Source: a virus. Taken from it: a stretch of 64,000 nt of DNA. This document shows positions 1 through 8,843 of the stretch, piece after piece (position 1 is the stretch's first letter; every line of letters starts with the position of its first letter). The notes under the pieces are model-generated. The model ran no database searches and was not told the origin of the DNA. It saw nothing but the letters and a program-made list of their open reading frames with translations. Both the position numbers and the translations under genes were made by a program. The stretch spans positions 32,001 through 96,000 of IMG/VR virus record IMGVR_UViG_3300013104_000002; one strand, written 5' to 3'.

Positions 1-1498
1 TAATATGTATATTTCTTCTCACTCCTTCTGTGGTTGTAGGATCTAAACTAGCTTCAATTAAGTGCATAGTTTCTTCAATAAGGTCTTGTCTGGTTATATT
101 ACCGTCCTTGAAAGCCATTATTTTATTTACAACATCCATTAAAGCAGATGATGTTGCAGGTACGCCTTCATTTTTTAACTTGTTGTTATTAATATATTCT
201 TCTATTGAAGTTATTTTTACTCCTAATTTGTTTAGAAGGCTTTTTATTGATCTTACTAACTCATCTTCTGTTTTTATTTCAGTTTCTTCGTCGATTCTTT
301 TTTTAAGATTGTTTGGTAATTTTCCTTTTTCAAATTCTCTTTCTACTTCTATTTCTATAGCTTGTTCTTCTCCGAATTTATTTTTTAACTGTTCGAAGCT
401 TAGTTCAGATATTTCATTCTGGTCTACTTTTTCAGACCCTATTATCCTGGTATTCAAATTATTTTCCAAAATAAAATCTCCTGTAGCTAATCTTACTACC
501 GAGCTTTGTCCTAGTTGTTTAACTAATATATCTTCTGCAATATTTGAAGATAATTGTCGTGCTGTATCTGTTTGTCCGTTTACGTTTGTTATAACATCTC
601 CATTTACATCTAAAGTTCTGGTTCCATCTAAGACACCATTTTTAATTAAATGATTCAATATTCCTGGATAGGTGTCAATACTAGTATCAGAGTTAACCTG
701 TCCCATTACTTTATCACCTACTTTTAGAGAGATCATTCCAGTGGTACTATTTTGTAGTGCTTGTTGATAGGTTGAGAAACTTTCTCCTGAAAGTGTTTCA
801 AATGTTAAATTATTTTCTTTTGAATAAGTTTTCTTCCAGTTTTTAAAACTTTCTATATCTTCTTCTGTTCCTAAAATATGGATTTGATTCACGTTTGGAA
901 CCACTACTTCATCATATGCCCTTGTTTTGTAAGATACTACTACCCCATCAAAACCTTCTTGGTTTAATTCTTCTTTTGATTTCTGAGAATTCATATCAGG
1001 ATTCTCAACATTTACAATAACTGGTATAACTCTGCCTACTTGGTTTCCTGTAGACATATCAATACTATATCCATACGCTCTGTCAAAAATTTCTGTAAAA
1101 TAAAATCCTTGCCCAAAATCTCCTATGGTCTTATTTTTATCAGATTCTGTTCCAATTTGTTGCTCGTCAAAATTATTGAAATCTCTTTTAGTACCGTGAT
1201 AAAGTACGCTATTTACTTTGGTATTCGGAAAAATAGATTTAAGATATTGAGCATATTCTACCTCTGTCCCTATTTGGGATAGGTTTGCATTTTCTTTAAA
1301 TATATAATCTATATTATTAATAGCAGAATCTTCAATATTTGATTTTATGGAAAAGGTGTTTTGATAAACTTGTATAGACTGTTCTAATGTTAATATAGGT
1401 ACATTAAAAATTTGTTGAAATAATCGAGATGTCTCTCCATTTTCGTCTTTTACTTTATTTATTTTTCCGTTTTGTGCTTTTTCTATTTTACAAGCCAT
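1..1498 (-). CDS. 5' part of a giant virion-associated (injected) polyvalent protein with an ADP-ribosyltransferase-like domain; runs off the window edge
   Basis: Not in the ORF track (no stop in window). Hand translation from ATG at 1498 gives MACKIEKAQNGK... and stays open to the edge. It contains LYHGT...GQGFYFT...GFDGV...DEVVV...QIHILG (H-Y-E ART pattern) and EETMH. A host-type promoter lies upstream. Confidence 0.85.
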   Translation of the reverse strand, partial: MACKIEKAQNGKINKVKDENGETSRLFQQIFNVPILTLEQSIQVYQNTFSIKSNIEDSAINNIDYIFKENANLSQIGTEVEYAQYLKSIFPNTKVNSVLYHGTKRDFNNFDEQQIGTESDKNKTIGDFGQGFYFTEIFDRAYGYSIDMSTGNQVGRVIPVIVNVENPDMNSQKSKEELNQEGFDGVVVSYKTRAYDEVVVPNVNQIHILGTEEDIESFKNWKKTYSKENNLTFETLSGESFSTYQQALQNSTTGMISLKVGDKVMGQVNSDTSIDTYPGILNHLIKNGVLDGTRTLDVNGDVITNVNGQTDTARQLSSNIAEDILVKQLGQSSVVRLATGDFILENNLNTRIIGSEKVDQNEISELSFEQLKNKFGEEQAIEIEVEREFEKGKLPNNLKKRIDEETEIKTEDELVRSIKSLLNKLGVKITSIEEYINNNKLKNEGVPATSSALMDVVNKIMAFKDGNITRQDLIEETMHLIEASLDPTTTEGVRRNIHI

Positions 1499-1522
1499 TG
1501 TGTATTTTTTGATTTTAAATTG

Positions 1523-1554
1523 AAAAAAGTCTGACTATATTTCAAATCAGACTT
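1523..1554 (-). terminator. Rho-independent terminator
   Basis: Minus strand AAGTCTGAT-loop-GTCAGACTT followed by a U-tract, downstream of the 734-aa gene. Confidence 0.7.
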
Positions 1555-1586
1555 CAAAAGTAATACTATTATTTTAATTTTGCAAA
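1555..1586 (-). promoter_or_regulatory. Bacteroidota sigma70-type promoter (-33/-7)
   Basis: TTTG-N20-TACTTTTG on the minus strand, in the intergenic gap. Confidence 0.8.
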
Positions 1587-1590
1587 TTTA

Positions 1591-3795
1591 TTATAAACAA
1601 TCAAAGCTATCTCCTATTTCAGATGATTTCCATTGTTTTTTAATATTTGTATATTCTTTTTGCTGTTGTAAATTTGTTTGTAAATTAATTATTTGTTCTA
1701 CGGGTTGTAATGGTAAGGTATTGTTATACAGTAAATTCAAGTTTTTCTGTATTTTTGTATAGATACTTGTACTGCCTTCTTTTCCTACTAATTCAAAAAG
1801 CTCGTCCTCATTATTAATAAATTCATTTATGCCATTTTTTACTACTGTAGTGTTTGAATTTAATTTAACTACATCACCTAATTCAACAGGAATTTTTGAG
1901 AAGTTATTTACCGCCCAGATTCTGTTATTAAATTTATTTGTCAGCATCTGAGGATTATCGTTCATAAGGTTTTCCATTTGTTTAGATATAACACTATATT
2001 CTTGCAAAGGTTGTGTTAATTTAGTTTCATCAATTATGTGAGCTTCTATTTCAGCCATAGATAAAGGATCGCTATAAATTTGTTCTATGCCCTTTTCTGT
2101 TATTTTGAATTTATTATATAAACCATTATTAGGATTTTTAATTTTTTCAATATTAAAATCGGCTATAAAGTCATTAGTTAAATAATCTAAGCTATATGTT
2201 AATGCTATCGGAGGAAATGTCTGTTCCTTAATTACAGGGTTTGTGTTGTAATTAAAATAATCTTTATATGCTTGTAACTCAGTTATATCGTTGGATAAAT
2301 TAAAAGATTCTTTCATTTCCTGAAAATCTACCTTCTCTATTCTGTGGTAAACATTTGCTACCTCCGTTTGTAGGAGATTCATTTCATCAAATAATTGTTG
2401 TTCACTCTTAGTTGTTTCCATGTACACTAAGTCCCTATCTTTGTTCTCTATTTTGGTAACTCTTTCTCTTTGTTTTACAGGAATATTAAATATTTCTCTA
2501 TACTTGTCAGAAAATATCTGAGTATTTATTTCTGAAGGGTTTTCTATGAATAGTTTTAAGCTTGGCAACAGGTCTTTTGTAAATCCTTGGATATTTATAC
2601 CATACCTTAATAACCAATTTGAAAGTTTTTGCTCTACTTTAGTAGTATCTACAATTTCAGGTGCATTAAGTAGTGTATCCACCGCTTCAAATATTCTAGA
2701 ATCATCTACTATTTTAATTGAGTTTGGGTATATAACTTCTTCAACTATAGGTGTACCATTGTCATAAATGGATGGAATCCTTTTAAACTGTGACAAATAC
2801 TCTTCTGTTATAGTTCTATCTTTTATTTCTGATAGGTCTGTTTTTTCTACGCCTCCATACCGCTCTACTATATCTTGTTTTATAATGTAAGGATTTTCAT
2901 TTTTTAGTTTTCCATATATATTTAAATCGTTTAATTTATATATTGCAGGTAAAACAGTTGTATTATATATTTTTGGTGTTCTTTTTAATTTTTCAATGCT
3001 TTCTTTCACTTTACCTAAGGCATTTATGTCAGATAATATTAAATCTGTTTCATATTTTGAATACAAAGATTTTAGCGTATCCTTTGTTGGAGAAAACAGT
3101 CCGTTCTTGTAGAATGCTTTAGTTAATTTATCTGCTAAATCATCTGAGTCTTCAATGTCTGGAAACTCTGCCATCATTATTCTTGTTTCTTGTTGATCTA
3201 CAAAGTTTAAGGGCTGTGTGTTCTCATTTATAGAAGTGGCATATTCCAAGACATTTTCCGCTAATATTTCTCCATTTTCATCAAAAGAGTTTAAAGGCTT
3301 GGCATAAATAATCTTTTTAGTTTTATCTGTAACGCCTAATTCAGAAAAATAGTTCCAAATATTATCTGCTGATTCTGTACGGATTTGATCACTATGAAGA
3401 TTTTTGTTTTCGGAAATCATTTGCCTGGCTACATAACTATAGATAGCTTTTCCATATTCTTCTTCGTTTACAAAAGCGGATTTTATTTTATATCCTTGTT
3501 TGTATGAAGTTAACTGTATTTTACCTTTTACAGATCCATTTTCTATAAGTTGAAAAGTTCTATTTTTAATAGAACCTGTCTCTTTAAAATTAAGATTTGC
3601 GGGTATTTCAGGAAATTTGTTTTTATAGTTATATATTAATTCAGACTGTACATCCCTAATAAAATTAGGAGTATAAGCAAGCACAAATAAATCCTGCGCT
3701 TGCGATTTACCTACTTTTTGTTCTAAATCATTATATAATTTACTTTTTTCGCCGTTAGGGGCAAAATATTCACCGTCATTTATTTGGCACGCCAT
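1591..3795 (-). CDS. Virion-associated/injected protein with a GNAT-like segment
   Basis: 734-aa ORF in the cargo-protein cluster. N-terminal APNGEKSKLY motif; segment IKSAFV...YGKAIY...LHSD...TESADNIW...LG resembles GNAT domains of phage polyvalent proteins. Confidence 0.6.
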   Translation of the reverse strand: MACQINDGEYFAPNGEKSKLYNDLEQKVGKSQAQDLFVLAYTPNFIRDVQSELIYNYKNKFPEIPANLNFKETGSIKNRTFQLIENGSVKGKIQLTSYKQGYKIKSAFVNEEEYGKAIYSYVARQMISENKNLHSDQIRTESADNIWNYFSELGVTDKTKKIIYAKPLNSFDENGEILAENVLEYATSINENTQPLNFVDQQETRIMMAEFPDIEDSDDLADKLTKAFYKNGLFSPTKDTLKSLYSKYETDLILSDINALGKVKESIEKLKRTPKIYNTTVLPAIYKLNDLNIYGKLKNENPYIIKQDIVERYGGVEKTDLSEIKDRTITEEYLSQFKRIPSIYDNGTPIVEEVIYPNSIKIVDDSRIFEAVDTLLNAPEIVDTTKVEQKLSNWLLRYGINIQGFTKDLLPSLKLFIENPSEINTQIFSDKYREIFNIPVKQRERVTKIENKDRDLVYMETTKSEQQLFDEMNLLQTEVANVYHRIEKVDFQEMKESFNLSNDITELQAYKDYFNYNTNPVIKEQTFPPIALTYSLDYLTNDFIADFNIEKIKNPNNGLYNKFKITEKGIEQIYSDPLSMAEIEAHIIDETKLTQPLQEYSVISKQMENLMNDNPQMLTNKFNNRIWAVNNFSKIPVELGDVVKLNSNTTVVKNGINEFINNEDELFELVGKEGSTSIYTKIQKNLNLLYNNTLPLQPVEQIINLQTNLQQQKEYTNIKKQWKSSEIGDSFDCL

Positions 3796-6700
3796 TAGTT
3801 ACAATTTAAGTTTCTTTCTGTTTCTTTATTCTTTTGTGTTTTAATCTGACTTTCGTAGAATTGAAGTTTCTTTAACTCGTCTCTAAGATTAGTCAACCTC
3901 TCTCTTCCTATTATATCAACTGCTCCTCCTCTTACGGATTTTAGCTTACCATCCTCTGTAAAAAATACTTTTTTAATGAAATTTACATCTTTTCTATTCA
4001 TTATATCAATACCTTTATTTTCCACCACATTTTCATCAAAAGCCTCTATTAGTTTATTTCTATCAGGTATTTCAATAGAAGTATTAACTGTTCTCTCAAT
4101 AGCTCTTAAATTATCAACTATTTTTTGACGTAGATTTATAGCATCTGCTTCTGTATCTTCTAGTTTTCCTAGTGTTAAGGTAGAGTAATCAACCGTAATC
4201 TTTGGAGATGAGATCACTTCATCTTCTAAATCTACTTTTATAGTAGCATCGGAAATTAAATTACTTTTATTATAATTAACATCTGCTATCTCATCTGCGG
4301 TTCTAAATGTTTTGTAGTTTTGTAATTCTCCTCTAATTTTATCCTGCTCTTCTTGTGATAGATTTGTAACTCTTGTATTCAGACCTAATGATATCATAAG
4401 GTTATTAGTCAACTTAACAGCTTCTATAGGAGTTTCGACTGAAGATAGTATATCATCAAATAATGCTTCTTTACTATCCTCGGTTTTTACCATTGTTATA
4501 GGGAAAGCAAATTGATGTTTTCCTTTTTGTAATACTACTACAGGTATTTTTAACTCAGGGCTTGATTTAACCAAGTTAGTTACATATAGTTTAGAAATAT
4601 TTTCCGTATTTAACTTTTTATCTGATAAAACAAAATCTTCACCTTTTATATATCCTTGAGTGATTACAGAATTTAATCCTCTTTCAGTTATAGGTAATTC
4701 TAATGGTTTTAAATTTTCATCTAATTGAAAGTTAGGAGTACCAAGAAAAATCTCTTTCACGGCTACATCTGCTTCTAAATCTATTTTATTAGGTAAAGTA
4801 GCTAAAGCTTGTTCTGTTTGTAACACCTCTATAAATTTATCAGCATATTTTTTTCTTAAATATATGAAATTGTCATCCATAACACTGTCATACAAGGCTT
4901 TTAAAGTAGAATTGTTTTTATTAAATTCTCTACTTGTAATTTCTAGAGTATTTTGTATTCTTTCTTTAAGTTCTTCTGATATTTCTCCATTTTTTTCAAT
5001 ATCTGATAAAGATTCGTAAATTAAATCCTGATTCCAATTAGTTTTTAAATCTACAAATAAATTAAGGTTATCTCTTGGTTCAACATCGTACAAATAATCC
5101 GAAATTGTATTGGTATCAAACTCTGAAACTTTTTTTCTTGTAGTCCCATCGTCTAATCTTTCGTATAAATCAGCATATGACCATTTTCCAGAATTTGAAT
5201 CAAAATAATAAAGATTTATAATGTCTTTTACATTGTTGTAATCTTCTAAAGACATAACTATGTTTCCCCTCTTACCTATAGTAATTTTTGTATTACCAAC
5301 AGTAAAAATAGTGCCTGGTATTTTAATATTTTTATCCAATAAGTTTCTGGTTAGATCCTGAGATTTGTTTAACTTACCATCTTTATTAACTGTTTGAACC
5401 GACGCTATAGATACATTAGGTAACAGCTTATCTATAATTGTTTTAGGATTGATATGGACAAAATGAATATCGTTATCTATTATTTTAACTACAGCATTTC
5501 CTGATATGTTTTGAAGAATATCTTGTCTTTCAGTGGAATGTGCATCTTTTTGTTCAGCTGTTTCCTGAGTTAATAGGTCATTATCAATTTCTGTTACTGT
5601 TTCATTTCTATCTAAAACTGTTTCTAATTGTGAAAGTAACTCCACCAAATCTGCAATAGTCATACCTCTCACGGGAAGTGACTGAGCCATGAACCATCTT
5701 TGCATTCTAGGCTGTAAAGTTTGAAATTCTTGTGTTTCTTTTTCAGTAAATGTATTTTGTTTATTATAAAGAGTTTGATATCTTTCCACTTCTTCTTTAG
5801 AAGGTTTCCCTTTAATCATTTCATCTACGTCTTGGGTAAGTAGTGGATAGTCTTTTTTAAAAGCTTGATTTATCTCTTCTCTTAATCTTTCTGCTTCGGA
5901 AATTGGTTTAACTTCCTCTACATCTCTTGTAAGATCAGGTTTATTAGGATTTTGTAAAAGTAAGTTATTAATTTCTTGGGTTTTATCTGAATATATCTCT
6001 TGCTCTCTAGTGGTTAGTAAATCCTTTATTTTAACTTTTTTAGCAATACTAGATATAATTTTTGGAGATACTGCACCTGTTTCTAAGAATGTAGTATAAT
6101 CTTCATTTGATATGATATCTTCTGTTAAAGATTGTTCTGCTGACCTGGCGGTGCTATTTACATAATTGTCGTAACTCTCTTTTAAAAACTTATTTGTAAA
6201 ATCATTTGTAGGCTCACCAAATTTATCAAAAATTTTGCCTAATAATCCTCCTGCATTTTTAAATTTAACAGCAAAATCTCCGTTAATAATAGAATCAATA
6301 GAATTTTGAAAACTAAAAAAACTTTCTTTAGCTTTTACATATTGTCTTTTTAAATCTAGGAGATCATAATAAATTTCGTGATTAACTCCTTGATAAGATT
6401 TAATTTCGTCTTCTATCCTTTGAAGTTTTTGATCGATATTTGATAAATCCTCTCCAGTAATAAATTCTGTATTTAAGTCGTAATTTAAATCTGATGACTG
6501 GATACCTCTTCTTCTTTTACTTTCTTGGCTGACTTGTTGAGCTAAAAGCTCTCTTTCATTTTTTAAATCTGTTAGGGTTTCATTTGCTTCAGTAAATTTC
6601 TCTTGAACAGATTGCAGTCTTGTCCCTTTATTCTCATCAGAGGATAGTTGAAGTTTTTGTAGCTCTTTTGATAATTGTTTTATCTGCTCTTCATTTGAAA

Positions 6701-8843
6701 CAATTTGTTCATTTAATCTTCTAACCTGTTGCTGTTTTGCTTTGCCCATTTTTTGTAGTTGGGTTTGCACTTGTAAAGCTTTTATACTATCTTGACCAAT
6801 TACTTCACCCATATCCACAAGTAAACTGTCCATCATCTTATTGGCTTTTTGACCACTGACAATAGAATACGTTAAAGCGTCTTTTAAGTGTTGGGTATCT
6901 ATATCCTGACCTAGTATTTTACTTTCACCTAGAACAGCATCTGCAAAATCAGAGGCTTTGTCATATGAAGTTAATAAGTTTTGATATCCTTTTAAAACCT
7001 CATTTTTATAAGTTTGGGGATCATTAATTCCTTGCTCGGAAAAGGCTTCTTGTGGTACAGCATCTAGAGCTGTCTTATACTTCGAGAGTAGGTCTTTAGT
7101 ATCTTCTCCTATAGATTTTCTAAACTGGATTTCAGCAATTAGTTGATCTTGTTGAGCCAATGCTGCACCTACATCATCACCTGTATCTATAGCTTGCTTT
7201 TGTCTTTCTACAGCGTTTTGAGTTCGTGCGTTAAACATTATTTTTTTAACTATCGAATCTGTAGCTAGCGCACTTTGGTCTCCAAATTGATTTAATCCTT
7301 TGGCTACGTAATCTTCTTGATACTGCTGTTCTTTATTAAATTCCTGCACTTCTTGGAATTTTCCTCCTCCAATAACCAGAGATGAACCTATTCCTATTAT
7401 AGCTCCAATACCAATTTCTTTCCAGCCTTCTTTACTTCCATATTGATCCGCAAAAGCCTTATAAGTAGCGTCAGATAAAGAAAGAGTTTGATTATTATAT
7501 TTTGGATTATAAGTTGAAGATATCCAATTTTCTGCTGTTTTTGTTGTAACTCCCTGTAATCCCTCTTCCCATAAACCTTCTGTTGCTAATGGTTTTAATG
7601 CAGCATATGTATATTGGGCTATTTTTTGTTTACCTGTAGCTTTTAAACCTTTATATGCTACCTCTCCTGCCTCACCAACAGTTTTTTCTACGCCTATTCC
7701 AAACAAAGACTTATTCATAGATTTAGCTAGTCCTTTTACAGGGCTTTCTATATTAAATAAACTTCCAAACATTGCGTAGTTTGATGGTATTAAAATAGCC
7801 ATATTAGTTGCAAATACAACATTCGCAGAATTCTCTAAGTTTTCATTGAATTGCTCTATTTCTTCCGCGTTAGGGGTTCTTCCATTTAATTTTTCAAAAT
7901 CTCTATAGAAGTTTTCAGTTTGTTCTCTTTTATAGTGAAGAGCTTCTATTCCCGCCTCGTTACCAGACGATGTAGCTAAGAATCTGGCTGTATTTAAACC
8001 TTTAGCTGTATTGGCGAAAAAATTGGCTGTAGTGGTCTTTAGGCTGGCTGTTGTGAAAAGCTTATCCATTCCACTAGCGAGAAACTTTTTAGAATTTGCC
8101 AATCCAACTGCTGCTTCTTCAGCTCCTAGAGCTACTTTACCCCAACGTAATTTATTTCCTAATTTTGCTCCTTGTAATCCCCATTTTGCAGAATTAGCTA
8201 TACCTCCTGTTGCATATCCCCAAATAGCTTCACTAACAATAGTGCCTAAAGTGAATGCTAATCCCCCTGCAACATCCTTAGCCCAGAAATTTGTTGTTAA
8301 TGCACTCTCAAAAAAATTGTCATCCATCTCATCCTGAGATACATAATTAGGAAGTTGATAATTTAACTTATCATTCCAATCTGCTAAGGTATTGCTGAAT
8401 TTATTATCAAAGACTGCATTCCAACTTCCCTGTGCTATCCCTTGAGTGGCTCCATACACAAACCCTACAGTATTACCTGCAATTGTTGTTAATAAATTTG
8501 CACCAGCTTTTGTAAGACCATTGGTTAGTTGATCAAAAGAAGATTGATTTTGTGCTGCATATTCAGCATTATCTCTTCCTACTTCATAGGTAGGGTATTT
8601 ACTTATATACTCATTTCCTACTAAATTATATCCTTCTTCTATTGGTACTTGATATTCTAAAGAAGGTTTTTGTACTTCTGATTGTATTCCTGTTCCTCCA
8701 AACGTAGGAGTTTTTAACGAGTCATATAAAGAAGTTGTTCCTTGTTCTTTAGCTATAGCTTTTTGTTGAAGATTTTGTTGCAACTGTTGTATAGGTTGCA
8801 TTTCGTTATTTACTATATTGGTGATATTTAATTCTTCCTCCAT
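3795..8843 (-). CDS. Giant virion/ejection protein with membrane-spanning segments
   Basis: 1682 aa; several Gly/Ala-rich hydrophobic helices in the N-terminal third and a central coiled coil; position matches crAss-like giant cargo genes. Confidence 0.7.
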   Translation of the reverse strand: MEEELNITNIVNNEMQPIQQLQQNLQQKAIAKEQGTTSLYDSLKTPTFGGTGIQSEVQKPSLEYQVPIEEGYNLVGNEYISKYPTYEVGRDNAEYAAQNQSSFDQLTNGLTKAGANLLTTIAGNTVGFVYGATQGIAQGSWNAVFDNKFSNTLADWNDKLNYQLPNYVSQDEMDDNFFESALTTNFWAKDVAGGLAFTLGTIVSEAIWGYATGGIANSAKWGLQGAKLGNKLRWGKVALGAEEAAVGLANSKKFLASGMDKLFTTASLKTTTANFFANTAKGLNTARFLATSSGNEAGIEALHYKREQTENFYRDFEKLNGRTPNAEEIEQFNENLENSANVVFATNMAILIPSNYAMFGSLFNIESPVKGLAKSMNKSLFGIGVEKTVGEAGEVAYKGLKATGKQKIAQYTYAALKPLATEGLWEEGLQGVTTKTAENWISSTYNPKYNNQTLSLSDATYKAFADQYGSKEGWKEIGIGAIIGIGSSLVIGGGKFQEVQEFNKEQQYQEDYVAKGLNQFGDQSALATDSIVKKIMFNARTQNAVERQKQAIDTGDDVGAALAQQDQLIAEIQFRKSIGEDTKDLLSKYKTALDAVPQEAFSEQGINDPQTYKNEVLKGYQNLLTSYDKASDFADAVLGESKILGQDIDTQHLKDALTYSIVSGQKANKMMDSLLVDMGEVIGQDSIKALQVQTQLQKMGKAKQQQVRRLNEQIVSNEEQIKQLSKELQKLQLSSDENKGTRLQSVQEKFTEANETLTDLKNERELLAQQVSQESKRRRGIQSSDLNYDLNTEFITGEDLSNIDQKLQRIEDEIKSYQGVNHEIYYDLLDLKRQYVKAKESFFSFQNSIDSIINGDFAVKFKNAGGLLGKIFDKFGEPTNDFTNKFLKESYDNYVNSTARSAEQSLTEDIISNEDYTTFLETGAVSPKIISSIAKKVKIKDLLTTREQEIYSDKTQEINNLLLQNPNKPDLTRDVEEVKPISEAERLREEINQAFKKDYPLLTQDVDEMIKGKPSKEEVERYQTLYNKQNTFTEKETQEFQTLQPRMQRWFMAQSLPVRGMTIADLVELLSQLETVLDRNETVTEIDNDLLTQETAEQKDAHSTERQDILQNISGNAVVKIIDNDIHFVHINPKTIIDKLLPNVSIASVQTVNKDGKLNKSQDLTRNLLDKNIKIPGTIFTVGNTKITIGKRGNIVMSLEDYNNVKDIINLYYFDSNSGKWSYADLYERLDDGTTRKKVSEFDTNTISDYLYDVEPRDNLNLFVDLKTNWNQDLIYESLSDIEKNGEISEELKERIQNTLEITSREFNKNNSTLKALYDSVMDDNFIYLRKKYADKFIEVLQTEQALATLPNKIDLEADVAVKEIFLGTPNFQLDENLKPLELPITERGLNSVITQGYIKGEDFVLSDKKLNTENISKLYVTNLVKSSPELKIPVVVLQKGKHQFAFPITMVKTEDSKEALFDDILSSVETPIEAVKLTNNLMISLGLNTRVTNLSQEEQDKIRGELQNYKTFRTADEIADVNYNKSNLISDATIKVDLEDEVISSPKITVDYSTLTLGKLEDTEADAINLRQKIVDNLRAIERTVNTSIEIPDRNKLIEAFDENVVENKGIDIMNRKDVNFIKKVFFTEDGKLKSVRGGAVDIIGRERLTNLRDELKKLQFYESQIKTQKNKETERNLNCN

